Below, piece after piece: positions 35,834 to 46,187 of a stretch of DNA of 64,000 nt. The stretch covers positions 96,001-160,000 of the forward strand of contig CAWAMW010000007.1 of NCBI GenBank assembly GCA_963783305.1, given 5' to 3'. The position numbers and the translations under genes were made by a program. The notes beneath the pieces were generated by a model. It was not told where the DNA came from. It did not search any database and worked only from the letters and a program-made list of their open reading frames with translations. This DNA comes from an uncultured Gemmatimonadales bacterium (GTDB lineage Bacteria > Gemmatimonadota > Gemmatimonadetes > Longimicrobiales > RSA9). The stretch's first letter is position 1; each line of letters starts with the position of its first letter.

Positions 35834-38752
35834 TCAGTAGTCCAGTCGGATTCCGACCGACAGCTCGCGCGAATTCGGGAAGGCCGCGAAGTCGGTACCG
35901 CGCTCCACGGTGCTGAGTCCGAACATGTTGATCTCGGGGTCGTAGCCGCTGTAGTCGGTCCAGGTGATCAGGTTGCGGCCCATGACCTCGAGCTGCATGC
36001 CGCCCGCGCCGATCCGGTCGGAGAGGCTCGCCGGGACCTTCCAGCGGAGGGAGGCCTCGCGCAGCTTCACGAAGCTCGCGTCTTCCAGGTACGACTCCCA
36101 GATCGAGATATCACGCGACAGAGCCGCCGCGGTCATGTCGCCCCGCAGCACGGCGTCGTACTTGGCGCCGGCGTCGAAGATGTCCATGATCCGCTGGCTC
36201 TGGTTCCACAGCTCGTGGCCGAACTGACCGTCGAACAGGAGCCCGAAGGTGATGGCGTCGCCGATCTCGAAGTCGTTGCGCAGCGATGCGGCGAAGTCGG
36301 GCCACGGGTTCCCGACGAACTGGCGATCGCCCTGCACCGGCAGGTTGTCGCCATCGTAGACGATGTTGCCCTGCTCATCGCGCTCGTACCCGATCATGTA
36401 GTGGACACCGAGGGGCTGACCTTCCTCCACCCGGTTCGTGTACCCCACGTTGAACGGGTCGCCTTCAAGCTTCTCCACCACGTTCTCGTTCTTGGAGAAG
36501 ATGAGAGCCGACGACCAGCGGAATCCAGACCGCTCCATGTTGACCGTGTTGAGCTCGGCCTCAATGCCCCAGTTGCTCAGGGCGCCCACGTTGTCGAGGA
36601 TCGAGCCCACGCCCGAGCTCGGCGCGAAAACCCGCGAGAGCAGCAGGTCGTCGGTGTACTGGTCGTAGTACGTGAGGCTCAGGCCGAGCCGGTCGTGGAG
36701 CGCGCCCAGGTCCAGGCCGAACTCGTACTCCCGCTGCCGCTCCGGCCGCAGCTCCGGGTTGCCCGCCCGCGAGAGCGGCACCAGGCCGAGCCGAGCGTTG
36801 TTGATGGCCGTGCCGTAGCGTGAGGACCGCGCGTACGCGTCACCCAGCGACGGCTGGTTACCCGCGTAGCCTAGGGCGCCACGGATGCGGAACTCGCTGA
36901 ACAGGTCGCCCAGCGGCGAGTCCTGGAAGTACGTCTCCTCGGAGACCACATAGCTGGCGCCCACCTTCGGGTAGAGCTGCCAGCGCTCGTCCGGACCGAA
37001 CGTGGAGGACGCGTCCCAGCGGAGCGCGCCCGTCAGGTACAGGGCGTTGCGCCAGTCGATCTGCTGCTGGGCGAAGTAGCCCAGCGTCACCAGCTCGGTC
37101 TGCGACTGCGACGCCGCCTGGACGGCGCCGCGGACGAACCGGGTCAGCGGCGTGATGTCCGTGGCCGACGCGTTCAGCTGGTCCACCACCTGGTACGTGT
37201 GGTTCATCCCCGCCGAGGTGGTCATCTGGAGCGAGCTCGCCGGGTGCCAGACGTAGTTCCCGACCAGGTCGTTGTTGATGAGCATATTGTCGCGGTTCGC
37301 CGAGACGGCGCGGCCGGTGGGCGCGGCCGTGGAGCCGCGGGGAATGGACTGCCGGGTCTCCATGGAGTAGGTGTCGTAGCCCAGCCGGTACTCCATGGTC
37401 AGATCCATCAGCGGGTTGCTGCGCGCCTGGAACGATCCGACGAACCGGTCCACCGTCTGGGGCAGCCGCCAGTCACGCGTGACCACCAGCGGGTTCGGGA
37501 ATACGGTGCTCTGCACCACGTAGTCGCCGGTCTCCGGGTTGACCGCACCCAGGTCGACCGTGGTGGGTGTGAACATGATCGCCGTCAGCAGGCCGCCCTC
37601 GCCCTGCTCACCGTTGATGATCAGGTCCGTGTTGCTCTGGATGTAGTTGGCGCCCACCGAGAGGCTCAGCCAGCGGCCAAAGCTCTGGTCCAGGTTGAGC
37701 CGCGCGTTCAGCTTGTTGTGCGCGGACCCGATCAGAATCCCTTCCTGGTCCGTGTACGACGTCGAGATGTAGTAGCGCGTGTCGCCGGCCCCACCGGAGA
37801 CCGAGACGTTCATGTCCTGGCCCCAGCCGTCGCGGAAGATCAGGTCCTGGTGGTCGAACCGCTTCACCGTGTTGCCGGCCTCGTCCACCGGCGTCATGGC
37901 GAACTGCGTGCGGTGCTCCAGGTCGCTGCGCGTGGCCCGGATCGCCGCCTGCACCCGCGTATCACCCGCCTGACCGCGCTTCGTGAAGATCTGGACCACG
38001 CCGTTGTTGGCGCGCGAGCCATACAGCGCCGCGGCGGCCGCACCCTTCAGCACCTCGACCCGCGCGATGTCGTTCGGCGACAGGTCGGCCAGACGGTTGA
38101 TCGGGTTCGACCGGTTCCCGACGTTGATCTGCTGAGAAGCGTTGTTGTCGATGATCACGCCATCCACGATGTAGAGCGGCTCCGCTCCGCCCGTGATCGA
38201 GCTCGTGCCCCGCAGCCGGACGGAGATCCCGCCGCCGGGCATCCCGGAATTCGACGTGATCACGGCGCCCGCGATCTTACCCTGGAGCGCCTGGTCGATG
38301 GACGTGGCCGGCGAGGTCTCGATCTGGTCGGCCTGAACCGTCGACACCGAGTTGCCCATAGCGCGGCGGGTTGTGGGCCCGGCCGTTCCGGTGACCACGA
38401 TCTCCTCGAGCTCGAGCGCCGACTCCTCCATGCGCACCTCGGGGACCATGACCGTGGCATCGCCGCCCAGCACCACCGTCTCGGCCGCGCTGCGGCGGCC
38501 GATGTAGGAGAACGCCAGGTCGTAGTTCCCCGGCTCCAGGTTGGCCCGGATCATGTACCGGCCATTGGAGTCCGTTATGGCCCCGAGGCTGGTTCCGCGG
38601 ATCGCCACCTGCGCTCCGGCCAGACCCTCACCGGTAGCGTCGGCCACCACCGTGCCCTGGATCGTGTACGGGGTCTGTGCGCTGAGAGGCGCCGCTCCCG
38701 CTCCGACCAGCAGCGCCATCAACAGCGAGAACCGTCGAAAACGACTAGTCAT
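35834..38752 (-). CDS. SusC/RagA-family TonB-dependent receptor
   Basis: PLYIVDGV, DIARVEVLKGAAAAALYGSRANNGVVQIFTKRG, YSGYDPE, terminal aromatic residue; SD AGGAG. Confidence 0.95.
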   Translation of the reverse strand: MTSRFRRFSLLMALLVGAGAAPLSAQTPYTIQGTVVADATGEGLAGAQVAIRGTSLGAITDSNGRYMIRANLEPGNYDLAFSYIGRRSAAETVVLGGDATVMVPEVRMEESALELEEIVVTGTAGPTTRRAMGNSVSTVQADQIETSPATSIDQALQGKIAGAVITSNSGMPGGGISVRLRGTSSITGGAEPLYIVDGVIIDNNASQQINVGNRSNPINRLADLSPNDIARVEVLKGAAAAALYGSRANNGVVQIFTKRGQAGDTRVQAAIRATRSDLEHRTQFAMTPVDEAGNTVKRFDHQDLIFRDGWGQDMNVSVSGGAGDTRYYISTSYTDQEGILIGSAHNKLNARLNLDQSFGRWLSLSVGANYIQSNTDLIINGEQGEGGLLTAIMFTPTTVDLGAVNPETGDYVVQSTVFPNPLVVTRDWRLPQTVDRFVGSFQARSNPLMDLTMEYRLGYDTYSMETRQSIPRGSTAAPTGRAVSANRDNMLINNDLVGNYVWHPASSLQMTTSAGMNHTYQVVDQLNASATDITPLTRFVRGAVQAASQSQTELVTLGYFAQQQIDWRNALYLTGALRWDASSTFGPDERWQLYPKVGASYVVSEETYFQDSPLGDLFSEFRIRGALGYAGNQPSLGDAYARSSRYGTAINNARLGLVPLSRAGNPELRPERQREYEFGLDLGALHDRLGLSLTYYDQYTDDLLLSRVFAPSSGVGSILDNVGALSNWGIEAELNTVNMERSGFRWSSALIFSKNENVVEKLEGDPFNVGYTNRVEEGQPLGVHYMIGYERDEQGNIVYDGDNLPVQGDRQFVGNPWPDFAASLRNDFEIGDAITFGLLFDGQFGHELWNQSQRIMDIFDAGAKYDAVLRGDMTAAALSRDISIWESYLEDASFVKLREASLRWKVPASLSDRIGAGGMQLEVMGRNLITWTDYSGYDPEINMFGLSTVERGTDFAAFPNSRELSVGIRLDY

Positions 38753-38964
38753 ACCTGCAACTCCTGCGGATTGGGTCATCATGGGGTTGGAAGCCCGGAT
38801 AGCCGAACGGTATTCTCCGAACGGCCGGAACACAATGTCAGATGTGTGAACGACCGGGATCGTTGTCACGATCCGTCCGTAGTCGGAACCGTGAACGAGG
38901 TGTGCGGCGTCTTCCCGGAAGCTGTTTCGGCCGGAGGAAATCGGCCGCCGGGCGTTTTCGCCCG

Positions 38965-40611
38965 TTACGTGGGACCGGCGTCGGGCGCGTCGCCAACCGG
39001 TTTCCCGAAGAACCGGAGCACGCCGTACAGGATCACGACCCCGGCCAGGAGGGAGATGCCCGGGTTCAATCCATATGCGGTGGGGATGTCACCGACGAGC
39101 ATGGCCACCAATGCCACCGTGATGGCGTACGGCAGCTGGGTGCGCACGTGGTCCACGTGGTCGCAGGCGGAGGCCATGGAGCTGAGGACCGTGGTGTCGG
39201 AGATAGGGGAGCAGTGATCGCCGAAGATGGATCCGGCCATGATGGAGCTCACCACCCCGAGGAGCACGGAGTAGTGTGTGCCCTCATCGAACCCGATGCC
39301 GGCGCCCATGGCGACGGCGAGGGGAATGACCACGGGGAATAGGATGGACATGGTCCCCCAGCTGGTGCCGGTGGCGAAGGAGATGATCGCCGCGGTGAGG
39401 AAGACGAGGACGGGGAGCAGGTGGATGGGCAGCGCGTCGCTCAGGAGGGAAGAGAGGTATTCGCCGGTTCCGAGGGCTTCGGTCGCCCCGCCCAGACCCC
39501 AGGCCAGGACGAGGATGATCATGGCGAGCATCATCGCCTGCATGCCGCCCACCCACGCTTCGACGGTCTGCTGAAGGGTGAGGATCCGCTGCACCGCGAC
39601 CATCACGATGGCCGTCAGGGAGCCGATGAACGACGCCCAGATGAGCGCCTTGAACGGATCGGCCGCGCCGGCGATGTCCCGCAGCGATGCGCCGGCGCCG
39701 GCCGCGATCCGACCGGTGATGTAGATCCCGGTGAGCGCCACCAGGATGGTGATGAGGACCGGCACGGCGGCGTTGTACCAGCGGTGGGGCTTGTCGGCCG
39801 GCGCCTCCATGAGGCCGCTGCCGGTGTCCGCGGCCAGCTGGGCGCCGGGCCGGTGCAGCCCCCCGCCCGTCACCGCCCGCTCCTCGGCCCCGAGCATGGG
39901 GCCGAACTCCCGCCGCATCAGGACGGTCATGAGCACGAAGAGGAGCGCCAGGATCGGGTAGAACAGGTACGGGATCGAGTGGAGGAAGATATTGAACGGG
40001 TTCTGCGCCGCGGCGATCAGGCTGGCGGACTCGCCGGGATCGCTGACGTTGCCGGCGGCGGCGGTGAGGGAGTCGCCGATCAGGGTGATCTCGAATCCGA
40101 CCCACGTGGAGATCAGGGCGATGGCCGCCATGGGCGCAGCGGTGGAATCGACGATATAGGCGAGCTTCTCCCGCGACACCTTCAGCCGATCCGTGATGGG
40201 CCGCATGGTGTTTCCAACGATCAGGGTGTTGGCGTAGTCGTCGAAGAAAATGGCGATGCCCGACAACCAGGTGAAGAACTGGCCGCGGCGCCGGCTGGTG
40301 GCGAGCGGTCGCATCGCCTCGACCATGCCGAGCGTCCCGCCGCTCCGGGACATGACGCCCACCATCCCGCCCAGGAGCAGGCTGAACATGACGATGGCGA
40401 TGTGGTCTGCGTTCCCGGAGAGGGCCTGGAGGGCGAAGCGGTCCACGCTCATGAGGGTGGCCGTGAGCGGATTCCAGTCGGCCAGGAAGAGGGCGCCGAG
40501 CCAGATCCCTGCGAAGAGGGAGACAACGACTTCCCGCGTGATCAGCGCCAGGAGGATGGCGGCGATGGGGGGCAGGAGGCTGAGCCAGCCCGGGTCGACG
40601 ACGGCGTCCAT
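38965..40611 (-). CDS. Na+/H+ antiporter NhaC-family protein
   Basis: IFFDDYAN, SREKLAYIVDSTAAP, SFATGTSWGT, GDHCSPISDTT, HVRTQLPYA. Confidence 0.92.
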   Translation of the reverse strand: MDAVVDPGWLSLLPPIAAILLALITREVVVSLFAGIWLGALFLADWNPLTATLMSVDRFALQALSGNADHIAIVMFSLLLGGMVGVMSRSGGTLGMVEAMRPLATSRRRGQFFTWLSGIAIFFDDYANTLIVGNTMRPITDRLKVSREKLAYIVDSTAAPMAAIALISTWVGFEITLIGDSLTAAAGNVSDPGESASLIAAAQNPFNIFLHSIPYLFYPILALLFVLMTVLMRREFGPMLGAEERAVTGGGLHRPGAQLAADTGSGLMEAPADKPHRWYNAAVPVLITILVALTGIYITGRIAAGAGASLRDIAGAADPFKALIWASFIGSLTAIVMVAVQRILTLQQTVEAWVGGMQAMMLAMIILVLAWGLGGATEALGTGEYLSSLLSDALPIHLLPVLVFLTAAIISFATGTSWGTMSILFPVVIPLAVAMGAGIGFDEGTHYSVLLGVVSSIMAGSIFGDHCSPISDTTVLSSMASACDHVDHVRTQLPYAITVALVAMLVGDIPTAYGLNPGISLLAGVVILYGVLRFFGKPVGDAPDAGPT

Positions 40612-40723
40612 GGTATCCAGGGTTGCAGGTCGGAGGTCGGTGGAACCGGTCCCAACAATACGGGGGGCCGATGGCCGACCGCAAATGGGACCGGAACAGC
40701 AATGGACGAGGCCCTTTCCGACG

Positions 40724-40752
40724 TTGACGTTGGGAAGGGTCTCCCGTAGCTT
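40724..40752 (+). promoter_or_regulatory. Sigma70-type promoter of the pyr operon, overlapping an imperfect inverted repeat (40708-40743)
   Basis: TTGACG-17 bp-TAGCTT. Confidence 0.55.
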
Positions 40753-40790
40753 CCGGGGACTTCGTACCTACTCCCACGGGCGACCTCTGA

Positions 40791-41342
40791 ATGGCCTCGC
40801 AACGACAGCAGATCATGGACGAGCGCGCCGTCGAGCGCGCCCTCGCGCGCATGGCCCGCGAGATCACGGAGCGGAGCGCCGGCACGGATTCGCTCTCCCT
40901 CATCGGCATCCACCGCCGGGGCGTGCAGCTGGCGGAGCGGATCGCGGATGAAATCCAGAAGGCGGAGGAGACGCGGCCTCCGGTCGGCTCCCTCGACATC
41001 ACGCTCTACCGGGACGACCTGAAGGCCGTGGGACCCCGGCCGGTGGTGGGCGAGACGCGGCTGCCCGAAGGCGGGATCGACGACCGGGTGATCGTCATCA
41101 TCGACGACGTCTCGTACACCGGCCGAACCGCGCGCGCGGCCATGGATGAGCTGGCGGACTTCGGTCGGCCGCGCCGAATCCTCCTCTGCGTGCTCGTGGA
41201 CCGGGGCGGTCGTGAGCTGCCGATCCAGCCCGACATCGTGGGGCGCCACCTGTCCGTGCCGGACGGAACCCGCGTCGAGGTGCTGGTGCCGGAGCTGGAT
41301 GAGCGCCTGGGCGTGGAGTTCGGACCCATGGGAGAGGGGTGA
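40791..41342 (+). CDS. pyrR: Pyrimidine operon regulator / uracil phosphoribosyltransferase
   Basis: [34 protein letters not shown]. Confidence 0.95.
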   Translation: MASQRQQIMDERAVERALARMAREITERSAGTDSLSLIGIHRRGVQLAERIADEIQKAEETRPPVGSLDITLYRDDLKAVGPRPVVGETRLPEGGIDDRVIVIIDDVSYTGRTARAAMDELADFGRPRRILLCVLVDRGGRELPIQPDIVGRHLSVPDGTRVEVLVPELDERLGVEFGPMGEG

Positions 41343-42313
41343 TGCCGGCCGCCACCGACCTCGGCAAGGACCTGGTGGGGCTGGAATCGCTGTCCGCGGA
41401 GCAGATCCGGGCGATCCTGGATACTGCCGAGCCGTTCAAGGAGATCAGCGAGCGGCAGATCAAGAAGGTGCCGGTGCTCCGCGGTCAGACGATCGTCAAT
41501 CTCTTCTTCGAGCCATCGACCCGGACGCGCGTCAGCTTCGAGTTCGCCGAGAAGCGGCTGAGCGCCGACACCGTGAACATCTCCAGCAGCGGCTCCAGTG
41601 TGGTGAAGGGCGAGACGCTGGTGGACACGGCCCGGAACCTCGAGGCCATGCGCATCGACATGGTGGTCATGCGACACGGCTCTTCGGGGGCCGCGCAGTT
41701 CCTCGCCGACCGCATCCCGTCGAACGTCATCAACGCCGGGGATGGCCGGCACGAGCACCCCACGCAGGCCCTCCTGGACATGCTGACCATCCGCGACCAC
41801 CGCGGCCGGATCGAGGGGATGAAGGTGTGCATCGTCGGCGACATCCGGCACTCGCGCGTGGCGCGCTCGAACATCTTCGGGCTCCGCACGCTGGGCGCCG
41901 AGGTGGCCGTGTGCGGGCCGCGTACGCTGATCCCCGCCCGGATCGAGGAGCTGGGGGTGACGGTCTTCCACCGGATCGAAGAGGCCGTGGAGTGGGCGGA
42001 CGTGCTCAACATTCTGCGCCTCCAGCTCGAGCGCATGCAGGCGGGCTACGTCCCCAGCCTGCGCGAGTACAACCGCATCTTCGGCGTCACGCGGGAACGG
42101 GTGGAGGCGGCGCCTCGCGATCTGCTGATCCTGCACCCCGGGCCCATGAACCGCGGCGTGGAGATCGACAGCGACGTGGCGGACGGTCCGCAGTCGGTGA
42201 TTCTGAACCAGGTCACCAACGGCGTCGCTATCCGGATGGCGGTGCTCTACCTGCTGGCGGGCGGTGCACCGGAAAAGGCCGAAGCGGCGAAGGGGGCGGG
42301 TGAGAATGGCTGA
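41339..42313 (+). CDS. pyrB: Aspartate carbamoyltransferase catalytic subunit
   Basis: [29 protein letters not shown]. Confidence 0.97.
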   Translation: MMPAATDLGKDLVGLESLSAEQIRAILDTAEPFKEISERQIKKVPVLRGQTIVNLFFEPSTRTRVSFEFAEKRLSADTVNISSSGSSVVKGETLVDTARNLEAMRIDMVVMRHGSSGAAQFLADRIPSNVINAGDGRHEHPTQALLDMLTIRDHRGRIEGMKVCIVGDIRHSRVARSNIFGLRTLGAEVAVCGPRTLIPARIEELGVTVFHRIEEAVEWADVLNILRLQLERMQAGYVPSLREYNRIFGVTRERVEAAPRDLLILHPGPMNRGVEIDSDVADGPQSVILNQVTNGVAIRMAVLYLLAGGAPEKAEAAKGAGENG

Positions 42314-43637
42314 GCGACAGGTACTGCTGAAGGGCGGCCGGGTGATCGATCCGGCCTCGGGAATCGATGACACGATGGACGTGCTGCTGGCGGACGGTCA
42401 GGTCGCTCGTGTGGGGAAGGGAATTGCCGCGGCGGAGCACGCGGACGTACGGGATGTGACCGGGCTGGTGGTGGCGCCGGGTCTGGTAGACGTCCACGTG
42501 CACCTGCGGGAGCCGGGCGGCGAGCACAAGGAAACGATCGCCACGGGCGCATGGTCGGCCGTGGTGGGGGGCTTCACCTCCGTCTGCGCCATGCCGAACA
42601 CCGACCCTGCCATCGACGACCCGGCGGCGGTCGGCTACGTCCTGGCGCAGGGGAAGCGGGCCGGCGCCGCGCGCGTCTACCCGCTGGGCGCCGTGTCCAT
42701 CGGGCAGAAGGGTGAGCGGATCGCCCTGGTGGGCGAAATGGTGGAGGCGGGCGCAGTCGGTATCACCGATGACGGCCACCCCGTGACCGACAGCGGTCTC
42801 ATGCGCCTCGCCCTCGAGTACGCGGGGACGTTCGGGATCCCCGTGGCGAACCACTGCGAGGACCTCACGCTGTCGCGCGGCGGGTCCATGAACGAGGGTC
42901 TCGTCTCCACTCGGCTCGGCATCACGGGTATCCCCGGCGCTGCCGAGACGGTCATGATCGGGCGCGACCTGCTCCTGGCAGAGATGACGGGGGGCCGGCT
43001 GCACCTCCAGCACGTTTCCACCCGCGAGGGCGTGGCGCTGATCCGTGCGGCCAAGGAGCGGGGTGTCCGCGTCACTGCGGAGGCTACACCGCACCACTTC
43101 ACGCTGACCAATGAAGCCGTGGTGGGCTACCGCACGGAGGCCAAGGTCAATCCGCCCCTTCGAGAGGAGGCGGATCGGCAGGCGGTACGGGAGGGGGTCC
43201 GCGATGGCACGCTCGACTGCATCGCCACCGACCACGCACCGCACCATTATGACGAAAAGGAGCAGGCCTTCGAGGATGCTCCCTTCGGGCTCGTGGGGCT
43301 CGAGACGGCGCTCGGGCTGGGCGTCACCGAGCTGGTCGATGGCGGTGTGCTGTCGCTGCCCGAGCTCATCGAGCGGATGAGCCTGGCCCCCGCGCGGGCG
43401 TTCGACCTCCCCGCGGGCTCCCTGGCGGAAGGAAGCCCGGGCGACGTGACGGTATTCGACCCGGAGGAGGAGTGGACCGTGGACGCCGGGCGGTTCGCGT
43501 CCAAGAGCCGGAACACTCCCTTCCACGGCCGCACCCTGAACGGCCGCGTGCGGCTTACGATGGTGGGCGGCCGCGTGATCTGGACGGCGGAGCAGGGTGT
43601 TGAATTCGCGCGGCAGCAGGCGAGGCGGCATGGCTGA
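42306..43637 (+). CDS. pyrC: Dihydroorotase
   Basis: [37 protein letters not shown]. Confidence 0.96.
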   Translation: MAERQVLLKGGRVIDPASGIDDTMDVLLADGQVARVGKGIAAAEHADVRDVTGLVVAPGLVDVHVHLREPGGEHKETIATGAWSAVVGGFTSVCAMPNTDPAIDDPAAVGYVLAQGKRAGAARVYPLGAVSIGQKGERIALVGEMVEAGAVGITDDGHPVTDSGLMRLALEYAGTFGIPVANHCEDLTLSRGGSMNEGLVSTRLGITGIPGAAETVMIGRDLLLAEMTGGRLHLQHVSTREGVALIRAAKERGVRVTAEATPHHFTLTNEAVVGYRTEAKVNPPLREEADRQAVREGVRDGTLDCIATDHAPHHYDEKEQAFEDAPFGLVGLETALGLGVTELVDGGVLSLPELIERMSLAPARAFDLPAGSLAEGSPGDVTVFDPEEEWTVDAGRFASKSRNTPFHGRTLNGRVRLTMVGGRVIWTAEQGVEFARQQARRHG

Positions 43638-44733
43638 GGGTGGGGCGGGGACCACACTGGCGGGGGCCTCCGGCGGTGTGCCTCTGCGGGAATGGCTGGG
43701 CGGCGCGGAGCTGCCCTGGCCGCCCGCGTCGGACCTGGGGGACGGCGCCCGTATCGTGGCGTGCTACAGCGTGGTCCGGTCGGCCATGGCCACCACGCGG
43801 CAGGACAAGCCGTACCTGCGCCTCGAGCTGACCGACCTCCATGGCAGCATCCAGGCACGGGTCTGGGATCACGCGGAGCGCTACGGCGCGGTGGCGGAGC
43901 CCGGGTCGTACGTGGGCGTTCGGGGTCGGGTGGAGGTATTCCAGGGGCAGCCGCAGGTGAACGTGGACCACCTGGAGCGGGTCCGGGTGGAGCCATCGGA
44001 GCTGGGCTTCTTCATGCCTCGCTGTCCACGAGACCCGATAGAAATGGACGCCGAACTCGCGGACCTCATGGCCTCGGTGAAGGACGCCCCGCTGCGTAAG
44101 CTCCTGCGCGCGCTGCTCGGCCCGCAGACGGAGTCTGGAGCGTGGTACCGAAAAGCGCCCGCCGCCATGCGGAACCATCACGCGTACGTGGGCGGTCTGC
44201 TCGAGCACACGCTGTCCGTGGGCAAGCTGTGCGCGTCCATGGCCGACCACTACGGCACGATCATCGATCGCGACCTGCTCGTGACAGGGGCGCTCCTGCA
44301 CGACGTCGGAAAGATCCGCGAAATCGCCACGCAGGCCGGCTTCCCCTACACCACGCATGGCAAGCTGCTGGGCCACATCCTCCTGGGGATCGAGATGGTG
44401 CACGAGGCCGGGCGCACGCTCAACGTCCCGGACGATCGGCTCCGGCTGGTCGAGCACCTGATCGCGGCGCACCAGGGGCGCTATGAGTGGCAGAGCCCGC
44501 GCCAGCCCCACACGCTGGAAGCGCTGATCCTCCACTACGCCGACGACACCAATGCCAAGCTCCAGCAGGCCATCGACCTCGTCCGCTCAAGCGACGAGGG
44601 CTGGACCGACTACTCCCGGTCCTTTGGCCGCGAGTTCTTTCGACACTCCGGCGGTCGTCCCTCGGATGAGCCGCCGGCGGATCCCACCGGCAGGCCGGAC
44701 CCGGACACCCTGTCGCTCTTCGACCTGGACTGA
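43630..44733 (+). CDS. OB-fold + HD-domain 3'-5' exoribonuclease, YhaM/Cbf1 family
   Basis: PYLRLELTD..GSI OB fold; APAA..NHHAYVGGLLEH, LLHDVGK, HYADD. Confidence 0.9.
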   Translation: MAEGGAGTTLAGASGGVPLREWLGGAELPWPPASDLGDGARIVACYSVVRSAMATTRQDKPYLRLELTDLHGSIQARVWDHAERYGAVAEPGSYVGVRGRVEVFQGQPQVNVDHLERVRVEPSELGFFMPRCPRDPIEMDAELADLMASVKDAPLRKLLRALLGPQTESGAWYRKAPAAMRNHHAYVGGLLEHTLSVGKLCASMADHYGTIIDRDLLVTGALLHDVGKIREIATQAGFPYTTHGKLLGHILLGIEMVHEAGRTLNVPDDRLRLVEHLIAAHQGRYEWQSPRQPHTLEALILHYADDTNAKLQQAIDLVRSSDEGWTDYSRSFGREFFRHSGGRPSDEPPADPTGRPDPDTLSLFDLD

Positions 44734-44781
44734 CGCGAGCCCGGCGGAGCCCCACCGCCGCCGCATTTCCCTGCCCACACC

Positions 44782-44815
44782 AAAAAGCCGCCCCCGTCCA
44801 GTGGACGGGGGCGGC
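44782..44815 (-). terminator. Intrinsic terminator of rpsT
   Basis: GCCGCCCCCGTCCA-G-TGGACGGGGGCGGC inverted repeat with A5 on + (U-tract on -). Confidence 0.8.
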
Positions 44816-44847
44816 GGAACCGCAGGGGCCGTGCTGGAGCGACGCTC

Positions 44848-45111
44848 CTAGACGGTGCCACCCTTTTCGAGCACGATCCTGGCCAGCTGCGACTTCTTGC
44901 GCGCCGCCTTGTTCCGGTGGAGCAGGTATCTCGTGCTGAAGCGGTCGAGGAGCTGCGACGCGCGCCGGAAAGCGGCCGTGGCCTCTTCCCCGGTTTCCGC
45001 GCTCTGCACGCCCTTGATCGCGCTCTTCAGCCGCGACCGCTGCTGGCGGTTCTGTTCGTGACGACGGACGTTCTGTCGGATCCGCTTTCGTGCGCTCTTG
45101 CTGTTCGCCAA
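44848..45111 (-). CDS. rpsT: 30S ribosomal protein S20
   Basis: TTG start; ANSKSARKRIRQ...NRQQRSRLKSAIK...LHRNKAARKKSQL. Confidence 0.95.
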   Translation of the reverse strand: MANSKSARKRIRQNVRRHEQNRQQRSRLKSAIKGVQSAETGEEATAAFRRASQLLDRFSTRYLLHRNKAARKKSQLARIVLEKGGTV

Positions 45112-45153
45112 AGTCCCTAGCTCCCGCTGGTTACCGGTCTCCCAAAGCCCCGA

Positions 45154-45182
45154 AGTATGGAAGTGCTCCGGCGGGTTGTCAA
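45154..45182 (-). promoter_or_regulatory. Sigma70-type promoter of rpsT
   Basis: TTGACA-17 bp-CATACT on the minus strand. Confidence 0.7.
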
Positions 45183-45203
45183 GGTGTTCGCCCTTCGGCC
45201 TCA

Positions 45204-45323
45204 CGGAGGGCGGCCTGCGGCCGCGGGGGGGTCGCTTCGCTCCCGGAGGGCGGCCTGCGGCCGCGGGGGGGTCGCTTCGCTCCCGGAGGGCGGCCTGCGG
45301 CCGCGGGGGGGTCGCTTCGCTCC
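45204..45323 (+). repeat. Perfect 40-bp tandem repeat x3, REP-like, with degenerate inverted copies to ~45457
   Basis: CGGAGGGCGGCCTGCGGCCGCGGGGGGGTCGCTTCGCTCC x3. Confidence 0.95.
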
Positions 45324-45521
45324 GACCACGCACCGGCGGATGCAGTCCCGTGGTGGTTCCGTGCGAGCGAAGCGAGCGCTCTCCGCGAGCGGAGCGAGTC
45401 CGCCCGTCGAAACGTAGTGAGCCACCCCCGCAGGCCGCGAGGCGGCCCGCCCTCCGAGGCGAACCCCGTTCGCCGCCCCCCCGGTAGCGTCCGACCTTTC
45501 GCGCGCGTAGGTTCCGGCGCA

Positions 45522-46187
45522 ATGGAGCGGGTCGAGCAGGTCCTCGTATTTCTGCCTGTGCTGCTGGTGTCCGTGGTCCTTCACGAAGTGGCTCACGGCT
45601 GGATGGCGCTGAGGCAGGGTGATGATACGGCGCAGCGGGCGGGCCGGCTGACGCTGAATCCGATTCCCCATCTGGATGTGATGGGGAGCTTGATCGTGCC
45701 CACACTCCTGGCGCTGATGCCGGGAACGCTCCTGTTCGGCTGGGCGAAGCCGGTGCCGGTGGACCCGCGGAACTTCCGGAACTACCGCCGGGGCGATATC
45801 CTCGTGTCGCTGGCGGGGGTGACGGTGAATCTGCTGCTGGTGGTGGCGTTCACGGCTCTGATGATTGCGGCGGTGTGGTCGGGTCGACTCGTCCCGGCGC
45901 TGGAGCCGGTGGCAGAGCTGGTTCTGAGCGCGGCGCAGCTTGGGGTCGTCCTGAACCTGATCCTGGTGTTCTTCAACCTGATACCGCTCCCGCCCCTGGA
46001 CGGCTCGCATGTGGTCGCGCACGCGCTGCCGCCTTCCCTCAGAAGCGGCTACCGAAGGGTGGGGCGGTACGGTCTCGGGATCCTGATGGTGGCGGTTTTC
46101 CTCGCGCCGGGCGCCGTGGACGTGGTGCTGTGGCCGGCCTTTGCCCTGGTGGACGTCGCTTTCGGAATCGTGCAGTGGGTCGTATGA
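45522..46187 (+). CDS. Site-2 protease (M50) family protein
   Basis: HEVAH, GWAKPVPV, NLIPLPPLDG. Confidence 0.93.
   Translation: MERVEQVLVFLPVLLVSVVLHEVAHGWMALRQGDDTAQRAGRLTLNPIPHLDVMGSLIVPTLLALMPGTLLFGWAKPVPVDPRNFRNYRRGDILVSLAGVTVNLLLVVAFTALMIAAVWSGRLVPALEPVAELVLSAAQLGVVLNLILVFFNLIPLPPLDGSHVVAHALPPSLRSGYRRVGRYGLGILMVAVFLAPGAVDVVLWPAFALVDVAFGIVQWVV

Noticed and set aside
45204..45323. Possible CRISPR array (three 40-bp repeats)
   Set aside because: Units are directly adjacent with no unique spacers, and no cas genes are in the window.
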